Shown: piece after piece, positions 9,230 through 19,846 of the stretch
Layout of the letters: each line of letters begins with the position of its first letter
Numbering within the stretch: position 1 is the stretch's first letter
Assembly (NCBI GenBank): GCA_030431875.1
Contig: JAUIIG010000001.1
Coordinates: forward strand, 37,539 to 101,538
Reading direction: 5' to 3'
DNA: 64,000 bases
Source of the DNA: Alphaproteobacteria bacterium
Lineage (GTDB): Bacteria > Pseudomonadota > Alphaproteobacteria > Sphingomonadales > Sphingomonadaceae
Made by a program: the position numbers and the translations under genes
Notes under the pieces: model-generated
The model's input: only the letters and a program-made list of their open reading frames with translations
Told to the model about the DNA's origin: nothing
The model's database searches: none

Positions 9230-9820
9230 TCAGGCAGGTTCCTGCGGAGGCTCGTTCCTGAACGAGAAGAAATGCAACTCGACATCGCCCAGAGTTATGA
9301 CGTCCTGGTGCGACAGCCCTGTTTTTTCGCCAATCTCCGTCCCGTTCACGAATACCGGGTTGGTCGGGTTGAGCGGTAGCAGCAGGACCTTGTCCTCCGC
9401 GGCATGCAGGATGCAGTGCTCGCGCGAAACGTAAGGACTGGTCAGGATAACGTCGCAACTCGCGCTTCGCCCGATCAGCAGGTTGGCATTGTCGCGAACC
9501 CAGATCTTGGCCTTGTAGTCTTCGTCCTGCTTGTCAGCGTAGTAGAGAAAGCCAATCGCGGTTTCCTTGGCGACCTCGTTGATGAAATCGCGTGCCGCCT
9601 CCTCGCTCGTCTGACGCAACGTGGCGTACTTGTAGGCCACCTCCAGCTTCTGTTCGGACAGTGCCCGCACCTGCTCACTGCGGTACTTTTCAAGGTCGAG
9701 CTCTATCTGGCGCAAGTGGGCAATATTCTGCCGTCTTGCCGCAAAGAAGGCGACACCCGCCGTGATACTGCTCGCCAGCAATGCCACCAGGGCCGTGGTG
9801 AGAGTGGCATCCTCAGCCAC
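9230..9820 (-). CDS. TM helix, coiled coil and FHA domain protein
   Basis: GTG at 9820 overlaps the trpS stop; GR, SREH and NPVFVNG FHA motifs. Confidence 0.8.
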   Translation of the reverse strand: MAEDATLTTALVALLASSITAGVAFFAARRQNIAHLRQIELDLEKYRSEQVRALSEQKLEVAYKYATLRQTSEEAARDFINEVAKETAIGFLYYADKQDEDYKAKIWVRDNANLLIGRSASCDVILTSPYVSREHCILHAAEDKVLLLPLNPTNPVFVNGTEIGEKTGLSHQDVITLGDVELHFFSFRNEPPQEPA

Positions 9821-10832
9821 GAACCAGCCCCAGCGCCTTGTAGGCGGCATCCAGCGTCGGCGTGCCCTGCTCGCGGGCCTGTGCAGCACCGCGCGCAAGG
9901 ATGGCGTCGAGCTGTTCGCGATCATCCTTCAGTTCCACGAACCGGTCGCGGATCGGGCTGAGGACCGACACCATCAGCTCTGCCAGGGCCGGCTTGAACT
10001 GGCCGAAGCCCGCGCCGCCATGGTCTGCGAGCACCTGCTCTGCCGTGGTTTCTGCCAGCGCGGCATAGATGCTGACGAGGTTCAGCGCCTCGGGCCGCTC
10101 TGCCAGCCCCGCGACTTCGCTGGGCAGCGGTTCGGGATCGGTCTTCGCCTTCTTCACCTTTTGCGCCATGGTGTCGGCATCGTCGGTCAGCGAGATGCGG
10201 CTCATGTCAGACGGGTCCGACTTGGACATCTTCTTGCTGCCGTCGCGCAGGCTCATGATGCGGGCGGCGGTTTCCGGGATGAAGGGATCGGGCAGGGTGA
10301 AGACCGGGTCCTCTTCCGAAGCGAAGTCGTTGTTGAACTTCTGCGCAATGTCGCGCGCCAGCTCGAGGTGTTGCTTCTGGTCATCGCCCACGGGCACGTG
10401 GGTGGCCTGGTACAGCAGCACGTCGGCGGCTTGCAGCACGGGATAGCTGAACAGCGCGGCGGACTGGCCTTCGCGGTTCTTGCCCGCCTTGTCCTTCCAT
10501 TGCGTCATGCGGTTGAGCCAGCCCATGCGCGCCGTGCCCATAAGCAGCCATTGCAGCTCTGCATGGGCGGGCACTTGCGCCTGGTTGAACAGCACGGTCT
10601 TGCTCGGGTCGAGCCCGCAGGCGACCAGCGTGGCAACCATTTCGAGGGTGGCGGCGTGCAGTTCCGCCGGGTTGTGTGGCATGCTGATGGCATGGAGGTC
10701 CGCCAGGAAGATGAGGCACTTGCCATTGTTGGCAACGGCTTCGTCCTGCAGTTTCACATAATTCTTGATCGCACCCAGGTAGTTGCCAAGGTGCGGCTTG
10801 CCGGTGGGCTGGATTCCGGAAACGACGATCAT
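9813..10832 (-). CDS. trpS: Tryptophan--tRNA ligase
   Basis: SGIQPTG.PHLGNY (HIGH), VPVGDDQKQH, KMSKS. Confidence 0.98.
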   Translation of the reverse strand: MIVVSGIQPTGKPHLGNYLGAIKNYVKLQDEAVANNGKCLIFLADLHAISMPHNPAELHAATLEMVATLVACGLDPSKTVLFNQAQVPAHAELQWLLMGTARMGWLNRMTQWKDKAGKNREGQSAALFSYPVLQAADVLLYQATHVPVGDDQKQHLELARDIAQKFNNDFASEEDPVFTLPDPFIPETAARIMSLRDGSKKMSKSDPSDMSRISLTDDADTMAQKVKKAKTDPEPLPSEVAGLAERPEALNLVSIYAALAETTAEQVLADHGGAGFGQFKPALAELMVSVLSPIRDRFVELKDDREQLDAILARGAAQAREQGTPTLDAAYKALGLVRG

Positions 10833-10893
10833 CGGATAGGTCTTTCAAATGCAATGGCTGGCAGGCCCGTGGCGCTGCCGGGAACAGGTCGGG

Positions 10894-10983
10894 TCAGGCG
10901 CGGCCCAGCCATCGCCAGGCCGCCCGCCCGCGCACTGCGAAACGCAGCGGAGCCGAACCGGTCGAGGGAGTCATTGCAGTCAT
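10894..10983 (-). CDS. Trp-containing leader peptide MTAMTPSTGSAPLRFAVRGRAAWRWLGRA (trpL-like)
   Basis: Translated by hand; TGG CGA TGG near the 3' end; stop lies 61 nt upstream of trpS; alternative ATG at 10974. Confidence 0.6.
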   Translation of the reverse strand: MTAMTPSTGSAPLRFAVRGRAAWRWLGRA

Positions 10984-10991
10984 CGCCGTGC

Positions 10992-11019
10992 CGCTTAGCA
11001 CAAGCGGGCGGATGGGCAA
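10992..11019 (-). promoter_or_regulatory. Sigma70-type promoter directly upstream of the leader ATG (possibly leaderless start)
   Basis: Minus strand TTGCCC-N16-TAAGCG (GCTAAG), with ATG 8 nt downstream. Confidence 0.45.
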
Positions 11020-11024
11020 GGTGC

Positions 11025-12617
11025 TCAGGCGCTCGGCACGCGCTTGCGGGTGAAGGCCTTGAGCCGGTCGCGGCTGACCGCGCCGATGGCGAAGGCGACG
11101 CCGAAATAGACCGCCATGGCGCCTGCCACGAGCACGCCGACAGCCAGCAACTGGACCATCAGGTTGAGGTCATAGACGTATTCCAGCAGGTCGCGCCCGT
11201 ACCACAGCGCAGCACCCATGGCGGCAGCAGCCAGCAGTTGCCGCACCAGTCGCCCGATCAGCGGCCAGTCCATCGCGTAGTGCCCGCGCACGCGCAGCAC
11301 CACGTAGAGGATCAGGCAGTTGAGCCATGCCCCGATCACGCTGGCAGCGGCGACACCTTCCACGCCGAAGCGATGGAGGAAGGCGAGGTTGAAACCGACG
11401 AACACGGCCAATGCCGCAAAGGCCGCATAGACCGGTGTGCGGGTATCCGAACGGGCATAGAAGCTGGGCACCAGCACCTTTACCAGCACGTAAGCGGGCA
11501 AGCCGCCGACCAGCACCGCCAGCACGCCGCCGGTCATCGCCGCGTCGGCAGCATCGAACCGGCCACCGCCGAAGATCACGGTGATGAAAGGCACGGCACA
11601 TACGGCCAGTGCCACGGCGGCAGGAAGGGTCAGCAACATGCCCAGCTCGATGGCGTTCGATTGCACGCGGGCGGCGCCGTCCTTGTCCTTCGCGCCGACG
11701 AACTTGGACAGCGTGGGCAGGATCGCGGTCGACAGGGCAATGCCGATGATCCCCAGCGGCAACTGGTTCAACCGGTCGGCATAGTTCATCCAGCTGACCG
11801 CGCTGCCCTCCAGCTGGTTGAGGAAGTAGACCTGCAGCAGGGTGTTGATCTGGTAGGCCCCGCCGCCGATGGCTGCGGGCAGGGCAATCTTGCCCAACCG
11901 CTTTACCTCGGGCGTCAGCTTCGGACGGCTGATCCAGCGCGGGCGGAATCCTTCCTTGCGCGCCCAGTAGACCAGCCATGCCAGTTGCAGCACGCCGGCC
12001 ACGGGAATGGCCCATGCCACGACATAGCCCATGGCGACGATATTGCTCTGCGCTCCATGCGACATGCTGACGCCCAGTAGGGTCACGATCAGCACAAGGT
12101 TCAGGATGACGGGGAAACTTGCGCCCGGCCCGAAACGAGAGACCGAATTGAGCATGCCGGTCAGCAGGGTCACCACGCTGACGAGCACGATGTAGGGGAA
12201 CATGATCTGCGCGAAATCGACCGAATAGTCGAACTTGGCCGGATCGATGGGTTTGTCCGACAGCAGCCAGATTACGCCCGGCATGGCGATCTCGAACACC
12301 GCGGTCAGCAGGATCAGCGCCGGGACGAAGACCGAGATCACGTCCTGCGAGAAGCTGCGCGCTTCCTCCAGCCCTTCGGCTTCGGTCTTGCCGTCCTGGT
12401 GCAGGCGGCGCGAGAACATCGGCACGAAAGCGGCCGAGAAGGCGCCCTCGGCGAACAGGCGGCGGAACACATTGGGAATGATGAAGGCCTGGAACCAGGC
12501 GTCCGTCACGTCATTCGCGCCAAGCACGCGCGAGAAGATCATCTCGCGCGCCATGCCGGCCACGCGGCTCACCATGGTGAGCGAGCCGATCGTGCCGACG
12601 TTCTTGAGCAGGCTCAT
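11025..12617 (-). CDS. murJ: Lipid II flippase MurJ (MviN)
   Basis: SRVAGMARE, PNVFRRLFAEGA, YADRLNQLPLG. Confidence 0.96.
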   Translation of the reverse strand: MSLLKNVGTIGSLTMVSRVAGMAREMIFSRVLGANDVTDAWFQAFIIPNVFRRLFAEGAFSAAFVPMFSRRLHQDGKTEAEGLEEARSFSQDVISVFVPALILLTAVFEIAMPGVIWLLSDKPIDPAKFDYSVDFAQIMFPYIVLVSVVTLLTGMLNSVSRFGPGASFPVILNLVLIVTLLGVSMSHGAQSNIVAMGYVVAWAIPVAGVLQLAWLVYWARKEGFRPRWISRPKLTPEVKRLGKIALPAAIGGGAYQINTLLQVYFLNQLEGSAVSWMNYADRLNQLPLGIIGIALSTAILPTLSKFVGAKDKDGAARVQSNAIELGMLLTLPAAVALAVCAVPFITVIFGGGRFDAADAAMTGGVLAVLVGGLPAYVLVKVLVPSFYARSDTRTPVYAAFAALAVFVGFNLAFLHRFGVEGVAAASVIGAWLNCLILYVVLRVRGHYAMDWPLIGRLVRQLLAAAAMGAALWYGRDLLEYVYDLNLMVQLLAVGVLVAGAMAVYFGVAFAIGAVSRDRLKAFTRKRVPSA

Positions 12618-12646
12618 CGTCTATTCGCCCGCATGTGAATGGTGGC

Positions 12647-13180
12647 TCAGCCTTCGCCGCCAGCCGGGGCCTCGGCCGCCGGAGCCGCGGCACCCTGTGC
12701 GCCCTGCGCCTGCATGCGCTGGGCGTAGAGGCCGTTGAAGTCGATCGGGTCGAGCATCAGCGGGGCAAAGCCGGCATCGCGGATGGCATCCGAAATCACG
12801 CGGCGGGCATAGGGGAACAGGATGCGCGGAGCCTCGGCATACATGAACATGTGCTGCTGGGCTTCGGCCATGTTGCGCATGCCGATCAGGCCGCAATAGG
12901 CCAGCTCGACGATATAGGCGGTGCCTGCTTCCATCTTCGAAGTGACGGTGATCTTCAGTTCGACCTCGGTCACGTCGTCGCTGGCTGGCTTGGCTCCGAT
13001 GTTGAACTGCACGTCCATCTGCGGCTTGTCGGTCCAGCGGAAGCTCTGCGGCGCGTTGGGGTTCTCGACCGAGAGGTCCTTCACGTACTGCGAGATAATG
13101 CCGGCCACCGGTGCGGTATCGCTGCCGTTGCTGCCTGCTGCGGGATCGAGGTTCTTCAGGACGTCGCCTTCGTCGGCCAT
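12647..13180 (-). CDS. secB: Protein-export chaperone SecB
   Basis: QYVKDLSVENP, ILFPYAR, LDPIDF; start at MADEGD. Confidence 0.95.
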   Translation of the reverse strand: MADEGDVLKNLDPAAGSNGSDTAPVAGIISQYVKDLSVENPNAPQSFRWTDKPQMDVQFNIGAKPASDDVTEVELKITVTSKMEAGTAYIVELAYCGLIGMRNMAEAQQHMFMYAEAPRILFPYARRVISDAIRDAGFAPLMLDPIDFNGLYAQRMQAQGAQGAAAPAAEAPAGGEG

Positions 13181-13411
13181 GGTAAAGTCGTCTTTCGTTA
13201 CTGTTTGGGCGCGGTGGACCCGCGCGGACAATTGTTGGGCGCGCGCCTATCACCCCTTGGGACGGCTAGCAATGGCATGTCGCAGAGCGGCCGATTCGCT
13301 TCATGCCTACTTAAGGCACGGTGGCGTAATCCGGTTGTTCATTTGATATTGGACACTATCTGGTTCACTATAGATGTAAGGCGTGCCTGCCGCCTGTGGT
13401 TTGCGGGCAGA

Positions 13412-14086
13412 ATGGGAAACTGGTTCGTGATTATTGAAATCGTCATCCTCGCCATGATTGCCGCCTTCCTCGGCATGCGGCTCTATTCGGTGCTTGGGCG
13501 CCGGGCAGAGCACGAGGAAGAGATTATTCCCACCAACCGTTTCGACATGCTGGACGAGCAGGACCGCAAGAAGGTCCCGCCGCCGCCCGCGCCCGAACTG
13601 ATCGTGGAAGATCGCACCATGCCGGGCTTCCCGCCTGCCATCGAACGCGGCTTGCGCGAGATTTCGACCGCTGATCGCAATTTCGAGCTGCTCGGCTTCC
13701 TCGAAGGTGCCAAGGGTGCCTACGAAGTGGTGCTGGAAGCCTACTGGGAAGGCGACAAGGACGAGCTGAAGGAACTGTGTGACGACGACGTCTACCAGAG
13801 CTTCGCCGCCGCCATCGACGACCGTGAAGCCAGCGGCATCACGCTTGACAACAAGCTGATCCGGATCGAGGACACCACTGTCCATTCGGCAGAGCTGGAC
13901 GGCAAGATCGCCCGTATCGCGGTGCGCTTCGTCTCCGACATCGCCAGCGTCACCCGCGACAAGGACGGCAATGTCATTGCCGGTTCGCTCGACGATGCTG
14001 TCGAAAGCCGCGACGTGTGGACCTTCAGCCGCGACATTCGCTCGGCTGATCCCAACTGGCTGCTCGACGAGACCGACGAGGGCTGA
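13412..14086 (+). CDS. Tim44/TimA family protein
   Basis: IVILAMIAAFLGMRLYSVLGRR, FLEGAKGAY, WTFSRD...PNWLL. Confidence 0.9.
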   Translation: MGNWFVIIEIVILAMIAAFLGMRLYSVLGRRAEHEEEIIPTNRFDMLDEQDRKKVPPPPAPELIVEDRTMPGFPPAIERGLREISTADRNFELLGFLEGAKGAYEVVLEAYWEGDKDELKELCDDDVYQSFAAAIDDREASGITLDNKLIRIEDTTVHSAELDGKIARIAVRFVSDIASVTRDKDGNVIAGSLDDAVESRDVWTFSRDIRSADPNWLLDETDEG

Positions 14087-14102
14087 TAGCCGAAGCGGCG
14101 TG

Positions 14103-15281
14103 ATGAACGCGCGCCGCCTTTCCGCATTGCTGACACTGTCGCTGCTCGCTGCCTGCGGGCCGCTGATCCCGCGTGTCGAGCCGCCTGCGCCCGTTGCTGA
14201 CAACGCCTATGCGCTCGGCGTGCGCAGTGCGCGCGCGAACTGGGGTTCGCTTTCTGCTGCTGACGCCAGCGCCGCGCTGGATGCCTTTGCCGCCAGCTGC
14301 CGCGTGGCGACCAGCCGCGCGGATGTTTCCGGCCTGACCCGGCCCGACGACTGGAGCGCGCCTTGCGCCGTGGCGCCAGGCTGGCCGCGCGACCGGGCTG
14401 TCGACTTCTTCGAGGACAATTTCGCGCCCGTTCGCGTGGGCGAGGGCAGCGCCTTTGCCACCGGCTACTTCGAGCCCGAAATTCTCGGCAGCCGCACCCG
14501 CCGGTCGCCCGGCGACGTGCCTGTTTACGGGTTGCCGGACGATCTCGAACGCTGCTGGCGCGATGGCACACCCGAGAGCGAGCGCGAGGGCCGCGCCCCG
14601 CTCAGCCGCCGCACTGCCGACGGGCGCTGCGTGCCCTATTACACCCGTGCAGAAATCGAAGACGGCGCGCTCGATGGGCGGGCTCCGGTCATCGGCTATG
14701 CCAGCGACCCGGTGGAATTCTTCTTCCTGCAGATCCAGGGTTCGGGCCGCCTGCGCACGTCCACCGGCGAGGTGATCCGCATCGGCTATGCCGGGCAGAA
14801 CGGCCATTCCTACACTGGCATCGGCGGGGTCATGCGCGAACGCGGATTGCTGGGCGACGGACCGGGCCAGTACGCCGGATCGATGCAGGGCATCATGCAA
14901 TATATCCGTGAGAACCCGCGCGAAGGGCGCGACCTGATGCGCCTCAACGAAAGCTGGGTCTTCTTCACCGAACTGACCGGTGACGGGCCGCTCGGCTCGA
15001 TCGGCGTACCCGTGCGCGGGGAAAGCTCGGTGGCGGTGGACCCCAGATTCGTACCCTATGGCGCACCCGTGCTGCTCGACCTCGATCGCAGGGTGGCCAA
15101 CGGCCTGTGGGTGGCACAGGATACCGGCGGGGCGATCCGCGGACCCAACCGCTTCGACACATTCTGGGGTGCAGGGACGCAGGCGCGCGAGACTGCCGGC
15201 GGCATGAGCGGGCGCGGCGAGGCCGTGATCCTGCTGCCTCGCGAATCGGCCCGGAGGCTGGGCCTGGGCGATCCCCGATGA
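14103..15281 (+). CDS. mltA: Membrane-bound lytic murein transglycosylase A
   Basis: Lipobox LAAC; TGYFEP, QIQGSG, AQDTGGAIRG..RFDTFWG. Confidence 0.93.
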   Translation: MNARRLSALLTLSLLAACGPLIPRVEPPAPVADNAYALGVRSARANWGSLSAADASAALDAFAASCRVATSRADVSGLTRPDDWSAPCAVAPGWPRDRAVDFFEDNFAPVRVGEGSAFATGYFEPEILGSRTRRSPGDVPVYGLPDDLERCWRDGTPESEREGRAPLSRRTADGRCVPYYTRAEIEDGALDGRAPVIGYASDPVEFFFLQIQGSGRLRTSTGEVIRIGYAGQNGHSYTGIGGVMRERGLLGDGPGQYAGSMQGIMQYIRENPREGRDLMRLNESWVFFTELTGDGPLGSIGVPVRGESSVAVDPRFVPYGAPVLLDLDRRVANGLWVAQDTGGAIRGPNRFDTFWGAGTQARETAGGMSGRGEAVILLPRESARRLGLGDPR

Positions 15282-15841
15282 GCCGCGCGCCGCGCGGACT
15301 GTCAGCCGAGGAAGCCGCGCTCTGGAACAAGGTCGCGAGCACGGTACGGCCACTGCATCCGCCAGTGGCCCACGCAAAGCCGAAGGAGCTGTCGCTCAAG
15401 ACCGTGCCGCAGCCCAAGAAGCTGGCTGCGCGCAAGCCTGCCGCGCCCGTTCACCAGCCGGTGGCGACAACGCCGCCAGGCATACCCGTTGGCCAGAAGG
15501 GTCTCGATTCGCACTGGGAGCGCCGCCTCTCACGCAATTCGACCGACCCGGACTTCACCCTCGACCTGCACGGCCATAACCTCGAGCAGGCCTACCGGCG
15601 GCTCGATGACGGGCTGCTGCAGGCCAAGGCCATGGGCGCGCGGCTGGTGCTGGTGGTGACGGGCAAGCCGCGTCCGGTGCAGGCAGCAGACCGGGGCGAA
15701 AAGCGCGGTGCGATCCGCGCCAAGATCCTCGACTGGCTGGCAGCGGGCCAGCACGCCGGCGACATTGCCGCCGTCAGGAATGCGCACCGCCGCCACGGGG
15801 GCGAGGGCGCGCTTTACCTGGTGCTGCGCAAGCGCGGCTGA
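15278..15841 (+). CDS. Smr/MutS2 domain protein
   Basis: LDLHG, VVTGK, HGGEGALY. Confidence 0.9.
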   Translation: MSRAPRGLSAEEAALWNKVASTVRPLHPPVAHAKPKELSLKTVPQPKKLAARKPAAPVHQPVATTPPGIPVGQKGLDSHWERRLSRNSTDPDFTLDLHGHNLEQAYRRLDDGLLQAKAMGARLVLVVTGKPRPVQAADRGEKRGAIRAKILDWLAAGQHAGDIAAVRNAHRRHGGEGALYLVLRKRG

Positions 15842-15859
15842 TTCAGCGGAACAGCCGTC

Positions 15860-16393
15860 TCAGCCGAACAACATGGTGTTCATCAGGCGGCCCTCGCCGA
15901 TGAAGGCCCAGACGCCAGGGATCATCAGCGCGCCGAGGAACAGCCCGACGATCTCGTTGCGGTGGCCCTTGATGTCACCCTTGCGGGCCTTGCTGACGAT
16001 CAGCCAGGCGGCGCGGTAGGTGATCGGAACGAAAATGTGGATCCAGCTGAAGGTGCCAAGGCCGTGGATCCACAGGGTCGCGGTCGCAGTAATCACCATC
16101 AGCGCCACCCACAGCTTGCCCAGTTGCTTGTGCATCGGCGTGCCCTTGGGGGCGAGCAGCAGGTAGAGGCCCAACGGCACACAGGGCAGCACGGTGGTGA
16201 CGTGCACGGCAACAGCGACATTCCGCAGGTGGGGCAGGTCTGGCGTGTAACCCAGCAGCGCCCGGCTGATGGCGTAGAGCGACAGCGCGGTCATCACGGT
16301 GCCGGACACGATCACCATGGCGCGGATCAGCGGGTTGAGGTCAAGCGCGCCGGCGGGACGGTGGAACGGATTGGCAAAGGCAAGTGCGGGCAT
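15860..16393 (-). CDS. DUF2306-like membrane protein
   Basis: HV...LG...KGTPMHKQLGKLW, FSWIH, GHRNE. Confidence 0.8.
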   Translation of the reverse strand: MPALAFANPFHRPAGALDLNPLIRAMVIVSGTVMTALSLYAISRALLGYTPDLPHLRNVAVAVHVTTVLPCVPLGLYLLLAPKGTPMHKQLGKLWVALMVITATATLWIHGLGTFSWIHIFVPITYRAAWLIVSKARKGDIKGHRNEIVGLFLGALMIPGVWAFIGEGRLMNTMLFG

Positions 16394-16555
16394 TGGTGAA
16401 ACCCTCCGAAATTCGATGTGCCCCGCTTTCCTGCCGCATGACCGTCCGCCAGCAATCGCATGTTCGCGGACTGGGCGCCGAATACGCGAAATGCGCGGAT
16501 TTGCGGGGGTTTGCCACTTTACGAAGCGCGAACGGGCGCTAGTTTCGCAGGCGAA

Positions 16556-17374
16556 ATGACCGATCGCCCCGCCGCCCAGACACCCGCCAGGTCGCGATTC
16601 ACGCGCCGCCTGCTGATCGACCTGTCGATCATGCTGGTGATCGGCGTGGTGCTGGCGCTGCTCGGGCCTTTCGGCAGTTTTGCCGATCCGATCGAGCTGC
16701 GGCTGGTCTACTGGGTGGGCCTGGCCGTGGCAGGCTATGCCTTTTATGCGCCGATCAGCGGCCTCGTGGTGCCCTGGGGCAAGTCGATCGACCTGCCCGA
16801 ATGGGCCCTGTGGATCGCCTCGGTCCTGATTGCGACCATTCCCATGTCGCTGTTCATCTGGTGGCTCGGTTTCCTTGGCCACGAGTTCCGCTGGCCGCGG
16901 CTGGACGAGGCTTTCGGCACCTACGTCAACGTGCTGATCATTGGCGCGGGCATCACCGTGCTGTTCCATATCCTCCAGCGCGAACCGGCGACCCACCCGG
17001 CTGGCGCGGCGGCCGAACCTTCTACGGGGCCGGATTCGTCACCCCCGTCAGAATCCAATGCAGGCCCCCGCTTCCTCGACCGCTTGCCGCCGGAGCTTGG
17101 CACCGAGCTGATCGCGCTGGAGATGGAAGACCACTACGTCCGCGCCCACACCGCGCTGGGCAGCGAGCTGGTGCTGCTGCGCATGCGCGATGCCGTAGCG
17201 GAACTGGACGGGATCGAGGGCGAGCAGGTCCACCGTTCGTGGTGGGTGGCGCGCGGAGCGGTTGCCGACGTCCAGCGCGACGGGCGCAACGTGCGGCTGG
17301 TGCTGGAAAACGGCATCGTCGCCCCGGTCAGCCGCGCCAATGTCACGACGCTGAAGGAACGCGGCTGGTTCTAG
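16556..17374 (+). CDS. Membrane-anchored LytTR-family regulator
   Basis: N-terminal TM helices; C-terminal MEDHYVRAHT and QVHRSWWVA motifs. Confidence 0.88.
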   Translation: MTDRPAAQTPARSRFTRRLLIDLSIMLVIGVVLALLGPFGSFADPIELRLVYWVGLAVAGYAFYAPISGLVVPWGKSIDLPEWALWIASVLIATIPMSLFIWWLGFLGHEFRWPRLDEAFGTYVNVLIIGAGITVLFHILQREPATHPAGAAAEPSTGPDSSPPSESNAGPRFLDRLPPELGTELIALEMEDHYVRAHTALGSELVLLRMRDAVAELDGIEGEQVHRSWWVARGAVADVQRDGRNVRLVLENGIVAPVSRANVTTLKERGWF

Positions 17375-17379
17375 GCCAC

Positions 17380-17413
17380 AAGAAAGGCCCCCGACATTGC
17401 TGCCGGAGGCCTT
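17380..17413 (-). terminator. Intrinsic terminator of katG
   Basis: Minus strand AAGGCCUCCG / CGGGGGCCUU followed by UUCUU. Confidence 0.7.
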
Positions 17414-17421
17414 GGTGCGAC

Positions 17422-17451
17422 CCGAGTAGCCTGAGGGGGGAGGGCTCTCGG
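17422..17451 (-). ncRNA. 3'-UTR hairpin with a C-rich loop (CUCCCCCCUCA)
   Basis: CCGAG(T)AGCC / GGCTCTCGG stem; a functional RNA role is not shown. Confidence 0.35.
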
Positions 17452-17468
17452 TTTGGGGTATGCCTGCC

Positions 17469-19685
<2,217 letters not shown>

Positions 19686-19716
19686 TCAATGATCGGAGGA
19701 TGCGCCCGATCCTGTA

Positions 19717-19762
19717 ATTCGTCCAATCGATAAGTTGGCACTGTTTGATCGCTTTTCGCGAA
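19717..19762. promoter_or_regulatory. Possible OxyR-like half-site pairs upstream of katG
   Basis: ATTC-N7-CGAT (19717-19731) and ATCG-N7-CGAA (19748-19762). Confidence 0.35.
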
Positions 19763-19846
19763 GAATTGGTGGTGGGGCTGCGGGAGTGATGGCTGTTTGG
19801 CGCGGGCGATGTTAGCCTGCGCGCAAAAGCAGCGGGGAGAACGGGT

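Noticed and set aside
13181-13411. Absence of fxsA between secB and tim44, and of ruvC beside ruvA
   Set aside because: Simple gene-order variation; the genes may lie outside the window
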